From contig JAGVFV010000093.1 in the NCBI GenBank assembly GCA_020057445.1, forward strand, positions 1-38,985: 38,985 bases of DNA, in the 5' to 3' direction. The notes beneath the pieces were generated by a model, which did not search any database, was not told the DNA's origin, and saw nothing but the letters and a program-made list of their open reading frames with translations. The position numbers and the translations under genes are program-made. The DNA is from an archaeon. Its GTDB lineage: Archaea > Nanobdellota > Nanobdellia > Woesearchaeales > JAHJEM01. Below are positions 33,439 to 38,985 of the stretch, piece by piece (the first letter of the stretch is position 1; each line of letters opens with the position of its first letter).

Positions 33439-33659
33439 GAGAACACAAGAGACCGGACTATGTACTCATCCCAGATACTGTATTTAGGGATCGGTCAGTC
33501 TCAGTCATGGAATCCATGGTCAGATACCTCAAGGAAGATCGGGGATTTTCCTACCATGACATAGGAAAGCTCCTCAACAGGGACGAGAGGACTGTCTGGA
33601 CAGTCTACTCCCGCTGCCAAAAGAAGGCTGTACTTACTGAAAAAGGGAAAAATATTTAA
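33435..33659 (+). CDS. Small HTH protein (LuxR / sigma-70 region 4-like), paralog 2
   Basis: SVSVMESMVRYLKEDRGFSYHDIGKLLNRDERTVWTVYSRCQKK aligns with paralog 1; the shared block is LLNRDERT(I/V)WTV. The GTG start forms a GTGA overlap with the upstream stop (33435-33438). Confidence 0.6.
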   Translation: MREHKRPDYVLIPDTVFRDRSVSVMESMVRYLKEDRGFSYHDIGKLLNRDERTVWTVYSRCQKKAVLTEKGKNI

Positions 33660-33694
33660 ATATTGCACATCAAAAAACCAAATAGGTGTGAGCA

Positions 33695-33979
33695 ATGGAC
33701 ACTATGCAATCTTCAGAATCAACTCAACAATCAACAACCCCACCACACGACATCTCGAGGCGGACGATCGTCATCCTCCTCATCCTCGTCACCCTCCTTT
33801 CTGCACTCAGCACGCTCTCAGTACTCAACGAGATCAACAAGGTCAAGCTCATGCCTACGCAGAACAACCAGGTGGCGACAGGAAAAGTACAGCTGACCAT
33901 ACTTGATCCAAACGCTCCGCAGACACAACCTCCAAACATCGCCACAGGCAAAGTCGTACTCGAAATAAAAGACAGGTGA
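33695..33979 (+). CDS. 94-aa anchored protein with two copies of an ATGKV-x-L-x-I strand motif
   Basis: Polar N-terminus, TM IVILLILVTLLSALSTLSVL, then QVATGKVQLTILD and NIATGKVVLEIKD. AGGTG Shine-Dalgarno at about 33684. Confidence 0.6.
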   Translation: MDTMQSSESTQQSTTPPHDISRRTIVILLILVTLLSALSTLSVLNEINKVKLMPTQNNQVATGKVQLTILDPNAPQTQPPNIATGKVVLEIKDR

Positions 33980-33985
33980 CACCCC

Positions 33986-34660
33986 ATGGACATCTCCAAC
34001 AAGACACTCGCAATATTCCTCGTCGCGGCAATCGTGCTCTCGCTTGGAGGAACAATGCTCTCCCTCAATTCGCTCAATAAGATAGGGCCGACGGGGATGG
34101 CATCAACACAGATAGGTCGTGTCAATCTTACTATCCTCTCAAATTCCGATATCACTCTTGGGCATCAACAGATAGAATTCGGGATAGGTGTTGTGAATAC
34201 GTCTAGTGGTTGTAAATATGCCAATCTGACGCAAAACGCGACGAATGGTTTCTTTGGTAATTGTTGGGTGAACCAAGCGCAGATGCCCAACAGCGTTGTT
34301 GCGAATGAGACTAATTTTTGGTCTATCCAGAATGACGGAAACGTCAACATCACGCTCACTGCGACGAGCACACAGAAGAATTGGAGCAACTTCATCGGCA
34401 ACTGCACTGTTACAGATGAACAGAACTGGTATCGCTTTGCCGCATTCAATAACGCGACAGAGTCGGGGATCTCATGCCAGGGCATGAACACGACAGGCTG
34501 GACAAACTTCACCGGAGCCCAACAAGATGTTTGCAACAGCCTCGACTATGTTGATACCCGTGATACCATCGCGGTCGTACTCAATCTCTCCATCTGTCAG
34601 TCAAACTATCCGACAGGATACAAGAACGACAACGTCACGTTCCAATCAGCAGCAGCATGA
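33986..34660 (+). CDS. Secreted Cys-rich, heavily sequon-laden protein (224 aa), paralog A
   Basis: N-terminal hydrophobic signal/anchor LAIFLVAAIVLSLGGTML. The mature part has 6 Cys and 13 N-X-S/T sequons (my count). AGGTGA Shine-Dalgarno overlaps the upstream stop. It is a paralog of 37505..38194. Confidence 0.75.
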   Translation: MDISNKTLAIFLVAAIVLSLGGTMLSLNSLNKIGPTGMASTQIGRVNLTILSNSDITLGHQQIEFGIGVVNTSSGCKYANLTQNATNGFFGNCWVNQAQMPNSVVANETNFWSIQNDGNVNITLTATSTQKNWSNFIGNCTVTDEQNWYRFAAFNNATESGISCQGMNTTGWTNFTGAQQDVCNSLDYVDTRDTIAVVLNLSICQSNYPTGYKNDNVTFQSAAA

Positions 34661-35859
34661 AACCTTTTCTCCTTTTTTTGATTTTCATTGCTTGCATCCC
34701 TACGATAACAGCCATGGGGATACAGGGAGTTGTCCTCAAAGACACATTATTCTTCCAGCCAGGAATGGAACGGCACTATGACCTCACCTTTTCCACCAAC
34801 TCTGGGTTCACAGAGGATTATGTCCTCTATGCACATATGCTGCTTGGAGAACAATCCCCTGTCGATCTCACTTCGTATGTCACCATCGATAAATATTATG
34901 TCAAAGAAGTCCCAACAGGATCTGTCATCCCCTTCACCGTCGACCTGAAACTTCCCGAAACGATTGACGTCCCAGGCATCCATGAAATCCGCGCAGGAGC
35001 AAGGGAAACCGGCACCGTAGGTGGTGGAGGGATGGGAGCGCTTACCGCAGCTGAACTGCGCATAATCGTCATTGTCCTCTTCCCTGGCGAATATGGTGTT
35101 GGAGGATTCATCACCACCAGCGTGAATGAAAACCAGACACTCCCCTTCAAATTCACCATCAGCAACTATGGCACGTCGATCTTGCAGGCAAAAGGGCGGG
35201 TAGGAATATATAAAGAAGGAGAATCCCTTCTTCTCGGCGTCGCACGGTCAGATACTTATCAGGTCAACTCAACAGGCAGCAGGGAATTCTTTGCCTTCTT
35301 CAACACGACAGGACTAAGTCCGGGCGACTACTATGCCCTTGGCACCCTGATATGGAGCAAGAATAACGAAACCCAATACAATGCGACTTTCAGCATAGGA
35401 TCCAAAAGCGCGTTCATCGTCGACTATACCAAAGAAGCATATGTAGACACGGTCAACAAGATGGAATTCATCGTCCGCTCACTTTGGAACAACAAAATCA
35501 ACAACATCTATGTCGATGCCTTCCTTCTCGATAAAAATAATAAGACAATCGCATCCTTCCCTACCACGTCCAAACAGCTCAGCCCCTGGCAGACAGATAC
35601 GGTCCTTGGATACCTAGACACGAAAAATGTTCCCGAGGGAAATTACACACTGCGCATGCGTCTCAATTACGACACCAGCCAAACCACATTCGAAGGCAAT
35701 ATCTCCATCCTTCCAAAGCCTCCGGCAGAAACACCGCAGCCCGAAGTTAAGAAAGAACACGCATCACTCCCCCGCTATGTCAGTATCATGTTCATCATCA
35801 TAGGCGCACTTCTTATCATGCTCCTCATTCTCGTTTTCATCATCATAAAAAGGAGATGA
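34657..35859 (+). CDS. Secreted multi-Ig (CARDB-like) protein with a C-terminal TM anchor, paralog of 31942..33438
   Basis: Signal peptide MKPFLLFLIFIACIPTITAMG, CARDB-like segment NQTLPFKFTISNYGTSILQAKGRVGIY, C-terminal VSIMFIIIGALLIMLLILVFIIIKRR. ATGA start/stop overlap at 34657-34660. Confidence 0.75.
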   Translation: MKPFLLFLIFIACIPTITAMGIQGVVLKDTLFFQPGMERHYDLTFSTNSGFTEDYVLYAHMLLGEQSPVDLTSYVTIDKYYVKEVPTGSVIPFTVDLKLPETIDVPGIHEIRAGARETGTVGGGGMGALTAAELRIIVIVLFPGEYGVGGFITTSVNENQTLPFKFTISNYGTSILQAKGRVGIYKEGESLLLGVARSDTYQVNSTGSREFFAFFNTTGLSPGDYYALGTLIWSKNNETQYNATFSIGSKSAFIVDYTKEAYVDTVNKMEFIVRSLWNNKINNIYVDAFLLDKNNKTIASFPTTSKQLSPWQTDTVLGYLDTKNVPEGNYTLRMRLNYDTSQTTFEGNISILPKPPAETPQPEVKKEHASLPRYVSIMFIIIGALLIMLLILVFIIIKRR

Positions 35860-35862
35860 ACA

Positions 35863-36291
35863 ATGAAGAAAAGACAAGCACTCCTCTTCCTTATCGCCTT
35901 TTTTTTTCTTATCTCTGCAGTCACTTCAATACTCTATGGCATATTCGCCCGGCCATTCGAGAAAATAACAATCCAAGTCAATGGTACCATATCAGGAGGC
36001 AATACATTAGGATTTAATGTTGCTACAGATGCGCTTGCCTTTGGCCACGTCCCCAGACATGCAACAGGCAAACGCTATCTTATTCTTACGAACGGGCTGT
36101 CTCAACCAATTACCGTCAAGATCTATGACACTGGCAACATCTCCCCCTACCTCACCGTCAACGAAAGCATTATCCGTCTTCCACCGCAATCCGAGCACAA
36201 CATCTCCATACTCCTGACACCGACGGACTCGGCAGCAGGGTATTACGAAGGATTCATCACAGCAGCATACTACCGTCGCTTCATCTCCTGA
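35863..36291 (+). CDS. N-terminally anchored single Ig-like (PapD/ASH/MSP-like pattern) domain protein, 142 aa
   Basis: TM ALLFLIAFFFLISAVTSILYGIF, then LAFGHVPRHATGKRYLILTNGLSQPITVKIY...LTVNESIIRLPPQSEHNISILLTP, the beta-sandwich pattern seen in ASH/PapD-like domains. The start is 3 nt after the upstream stop, with AGGAGA upstream. Confidence 0.6.
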   Translation: MKKRQALLFLIAFFFLISAVTSILYGIFARPFEKITIQVNGTISGGNTLGFNVATDALAFGHVPRHATGKRYLILTNGLSQPITVKIYDTGNISPYLTVNESIIRLPPQSEHNISILLTPTDSAAGYYEGFITAAYYRRFIS

Positions 36292-37408
36292 GACACTCAA
36301 CCACGACCTCGCAATGCTCTGTCTGCGGAAACAGGTCAAAGACCTTGACCGATTCCACACGGAAGACTTTCAAGAGCAGAGGCAACTCCTTTGCCAGCTG
36401 CTCAGGATTGCACGAGACATATACGAGGACTTGCGGTCTCTTCTCGACAAGCCAATCAAGCGTCTTTCTTGGCATGCCAGACCGTGGGGGGTCGACGAGG
36501 GCAAATATTTTTTCTGGAATTTGCATGCGGCCGATCTTTTCAGCATCAAAGCATATTGCTTTACCGATTCGCTTATTCTCTTTCAGATTTTCCTCTGCCA
36601 ACTGCACACTTTCTTCAAAAGACTCCACAATCAGGACTTCCTCAAACAAGGGAGAAAGGCAAACACCGAACGTGCCAACGCCTCCGAAGAGATCAAGCAA
36701 CGAAATTCCTTTCCGTTCATGATTCTCAAACAATCTGTAGACATGATCAACCATCTCCTTTGCCATTGCAGGATTATTCTGGAAAAAACCTTGGATACTG
36801 TGCTTGAGGACGCATCCACGCACGTCCTCTTCCAAGAAGGAGCTTCCTTTGAGCACTTCATACCTCTCACTTATGCTCACATCGGATTTCTTGCCAACGA
36901 ATGCAAGGACGACATTTTCAGCGCTCGGAGAACCTGCAAACGATCTGATGCGATCCCTCTCTTCCTGTAGACGGACAAACTCCTCATTCATCACAAAAGA
37001 CACTGAAGCGCTCTTTCGAAACAGGGAAGACCTGATCACTGCATACTTTAAGCATCCGGACTGCCTTCTGATATCAAATATATTCGGCGACTCTTTTACA
37101 AACCAAGAGCGGACATCTTTCAATAACTCATTTACCTGATCATTTGCAATAGGGCAGTCCTCAATATCAATGATCGTCTTCCAATCATTCCTCTTTCTTA
37201 ATCCCAATCCTTTCTCATGGAAGATGAAATCCATGCGATTCCGATAACCGAACGGGCTTCCTGAGAGAATATCAACAGGACAACCTACGCCAACTCTCCT
37301 CAAGAGCGATTCAACACGCATCCTCTTCTGTTCGACCTGCGCATCATACGGCACGTGCTGGAGAGTACATCCTCCGCACCTTCCGAAATACTTGCACTTC
37401 GCGTCCAT
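36281..37408 (-). CDS. RumA/TrmA-family SAM-dependent RNA (uracil-C5)-methyltransferase
   Basis: N-terminal Fe-S Cys cluster CKYFGRCGGC. SAM/catalytic motifs are LDLFGGVGTFG, VDPPRSGM, YVSCNP and FDLFPQTEHCE. No TRAM domain. The 3' end overlaps 35863..36291 by 11 nt (convergent). Confidence 0.85.
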   Translation of the reverse strand: MDAKCKYFGRCGGCTLQHVPYDAQVEQKRMRVESLLRRVGVGCPVDILSGSPFGYRNRMDFIFHEKGLGLRKRNDWKTIIDIEDCPIANDQVNELLKDVRSWFVKESPNIFDIRRQSGCLKYAVIRSSLFRKSASVSFVMNEEFVRLQEERDRIRSFAGSPSAENVVLAFVGKKSDVSISERYEVLKGSSFLEEDVRGCVLKHSIQGFFQNNPAMAKEMVDHVYRLFENHERKGISLLDLFGGVGTFGVCLSPLFEEVLIVESFEESVQLAEENLKENKRIGKAICFDAEKIGRMQIPEKIFALVDPPRSGMPRKTLDWLVEKRPQVLVYVSCNPEQLAKELPLLLKVFRVESVKVFDLFPQTEHCEVVVECLRR

Positions 37409-37504
37409 TTTCCTGAGAAAATGGTGTTTTTATTAATAATTACCGCTCCTCATCTCTGCATAATAGCAAAACTTATATATGAGTTTCCTCAAAAACCAAT
37501 AAAT

Positions 37505-38194
37505 ATGGTATCCAATAAAACACTAGCCCTTCTCATCGTTGTCACTGTGCTTCTTTCTGTCTCTGCGCAGTTCATCAGCATCTCAAGGCTCGCTCAGATA
37601 CAAAGGCCATCTATACCAGAAGGTACTGGAATGGTATCAACACAGACAGGTCGTGTCAACTTCACTATTTCCTCTAATTCTGATATCACTCTCGGGCATC
37701 AACAGGTGGATTTTGGCTCTGGTGTTATCAACGTGTCTAGTGGTTGTAAATATGTCAATCTGACTCAAAACGCGACGAATGGTTTCTTTGGCAATTGTTG
37801 GGTGAACCAGGCGCAGGCGCCAAACACAGTTGTCGCGAATGAGACCGCTTTTTGGTCTATCCAAAATGACGGAAACATCAACATCACGCTCACTGCGACA
37901 AGCGCACAGAAGAATTGGAGCAACTTCATCGGCAACTGCTCTGTCTCCTCAGAAGCGAATTGGTATCGCTATGCAGCATTCAATAACGCAACTGAAACAG
38001 GAGTTTCGTGCCAGGGTATGAACATGACAGGTTGGACAAATTTCACCGGAGACCAACAAGAGATTTGCACAAGCCTCGACTACCATGACACCTATGATAC
38101 CATCGCAGTCGTCCTCAATCTCACCATATGCCAGTCAAACTATCCAACAGGATACAAGAACGACAACGTCACCTTCAGCGCGGCAGCAGCATAA
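37505..38194 (+). CDS. Secreted Cys-rich, heavily sequon-laden protein (229 aa), paralog B
   Basis: Signal peptide MVSNKTLALLIVVTVLLSVSA. All 6 Cys and most sequons are shared with paralog A. Long identical nucleotide runs occur, for example 35 nt at 37905-37939 matching 34371-34405. ATG at 37505 is chosen because the ORF-track start at 37355 overlaps the methyltransferase gene. TATA-like CTTATATAT lies about 30 nt upstream. Confidence 0.75.
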   Translation: MVSNKTLALLIVVTVLLSVSAQFISISRLAQIQRPSIPEGTGMVSTQTGRVNFTISSNSDITLGHQQVDFGSGVINVSSGCKYVNLTQNATNGFFGNCWVNQAQAPNTVVANETAFWSIQNDGNINITLTATSAQKNWSNFIGNCSVSSEANWYRYAAFNNATETGVSCQGMNMTGWTNFTGDQQEICTSLDYHDTYDTIAVVLNLTICQSNYPTGYKNDNVTFSAAAA

Positions 38195-38226
38195 AATATA
38201 TATATGCTCTGCATTGAAGAGCTTCC

Positions 38227-38985
38227 ATGAGGCGTGACATTCCTGTAATACTTCTTGTCTTTCTCTTTGTCTTCCATAGCGTCGTCATCACCGGCTACAT
38301 CATCTATTCGACACAGAACATCATCACAGGCCAGGCGACTGTCCAGCAAGGGAAGGTCTCCCTCTGCATCAACAACGTCCCCTTCCTCAACCTTTCCTCC
38401 TGCGGCCACAACCTCACCGAAGACACAGAATACTACTGCTTTGCAAACGCCACAGACACTGACGGAGATACCCTCCTCTTCTATTCCGAATTCATCACAC
38501 CGAGAAGGGTCTTCACCATGACGCCCATGGGCATCATCAGCTTCACGCCGACAAACGACGACGTCGGCAACCACACCGCCAACATCAGCGTGAACGATTC
38601 TGTCTGTCCGGGAGTCTCCCCGTCAGAGCTCTTCTCATTCGAAGTCCATAATGTGAACGACCCGCCCTACCTGAACCAGTCCATCCCTGACCAATTCCTC
38701 ATCGAAAACACGCAGCTACGCACCTTCTACCTCAACAACCACTTCACAGACCCTGATGCCGACCCCCTCACCTACACAAACACCCTCACAGGCAACTTCG
38801 AGATTACCATAGCACCATCATCACAGGTCGTCATCAACCCCACGACCTGCCCTGCAGAAGACTATGTCATCTTCATCGCAAAAGACCCCTATAACCTCAC
38901 TGCAGAATCAAACCTTGTCAAGCTCAACTGCTCAGTACTGCTCACTCCTGAAGAGCAGGTCGGCACTGGAGAAGGCGGCGGGGGC
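38227..38985 (+). CDS. 5' part of another large secreted cadherin-like repeat protein (runs off the window)
   Basis: ATG at 38227 is open in frame to the window end (253 codons) and is not in the ORF track. Translation begins MRRDIPVILLVFLFVFHSVVITGYIIY (anchor), then ITGQATVQQGKVSLCI. Cadherin-like hallmarks follow: NATDTDGDTL, VHNVNDPPYLNQSIPDQF and FTDPDADPLTYT. Confidence 0.7.
   Translation, partial: MRRDIPVILLVFLFVFHSVVITGYIIYSTQNIITGQATVQQGKVSLCINNVPFLNLSSCGHNLTEDTEYYCFANATDTDGDTLLFYSEFITPRRVFTMTPMGIISFTPTNDDVGNHTANISVNDSVCPGVSPSELFSFEVHNVNDPPYLNQSIPDQFLIENTQLRTFYLNNHFTDPDADPLTYTNTLTGNFEITIAPSSQVVINPTTCPAEDYVIFIAKDPYNLTAESNLVKLNCSVLLTPEEQVGTGEGGGG

Noticed and set aside
34657-35859. 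The C-terminal SLPRY-TM-KRR of the second CARDB/TM protein as a sortase or archaeosortase sorting signal
   Set aside because: The motif does not match LPXTG, PGF-CTERM or other known signals. No sortase or archaeosortase gene is nearby, and the paralog has a long tail instead. It is treated as a plain TM anchor.
37355-37504. The ORF-track start of paralog B at 37355
   Set aside because: The extension overlaps the methyltransferase gene's 5' end and the promoter region. The ATG at 37505 gives an N-terminus that aligns with paralog A and a normal signal peptide.
33986-38194. Whether the two Cys-rich paralogs are a template/variable repeat pair of a diversity-generating retroelement, as known on DPANN surface proteins
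   Set aside because: The differences between the copies involve all base types rather than adenine-specific changes, and they are spread over the whole gene. No reverse transcriptase or accessory gene is visible in the window.
33695-38400. The small anchored proteins as type IV pilins or archaellins with class III signal peptides
   Set aside because: The N-termini lack the [KR]-G/A cleavage context immediately before the hydrophobic stretch. No PibD/FlaK, PilB/FlaI or PilC/FlaJ homologs are present in the window.

Overview
This is an archaeal window. Evidence: TFS, archaeal DnaG, TrmB, NMD3-like and DUF460 genes, a Sec11/SipW-type signal peptidase, an intron-containing tRNA, TATA-box promoters and oligo-T terminators. 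Genes are tightly packed, with many 4-26 nt overlaps, which fits a small-genome, DPANN-like organism; that lineage call is inference only.

Bases 1-21,300 are mostly housekeeping:
- a HerA/DUF87 ATPase
- a membrane parvulin fused to a thioredoxin-like domain that has lost its CXXC motif
- a GC-rich structured ncRNA candidate
- dnaG
- a divergent dTMP-synthesis island: a DNPH1-like/Tmk fusion, a double-length ThyX-like protein, a kinase-like protein with a degenerate P-loop, and dCMP deaminase
- an MFS transporter, DUF167, TrmB and TFS
- a 131-bp MITE with an 8-bp target-site duplication
- signal peptidase, NMD3-like, DUF460 and PRPP synthetase
- a Hel308-type helicase gene lacking its entire N-terminal motor domain
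- tRNA-Arg(CCU) with a 34-nt intron
- a PlsB/GPAT-type acyltransferase
- a tRNA 5'-half-like fragment followed by tRNA-Asn(GUU)

Bases 21,300-38,985 are an accessory cell-surface locus and the most interesting part. Four copies of the palindrome ACTTAC-N3-GTAAG surround a TATA box in front of a small HTH gene. That gene is translationally coupled to a 3,383-aa, N-terminally anchored giant surface protein with a cadherin-like domain, seven FG-GAP blades, two beta-helix modules and a Cys-rich C-terminal tip. Downstream in the same operon are two CARDB-like/C-terminal-TM paralogs, a second HTH paralog, small anchored proteins sharing an N-terminal strand motif, and a Cys-rich heavily sequon-laden protein. 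That last gene recurs about 3.5 kb downstream, ahead of another cadherin-like giant gene that runs off the window.

I recognised no secretion ATPase, prepilin peptidase or sortase. I read the locus as an uncharacterised surface-filament or adhesion (possibly host-contact) system. All family calls come from motif recognition by eye; no searches were run.
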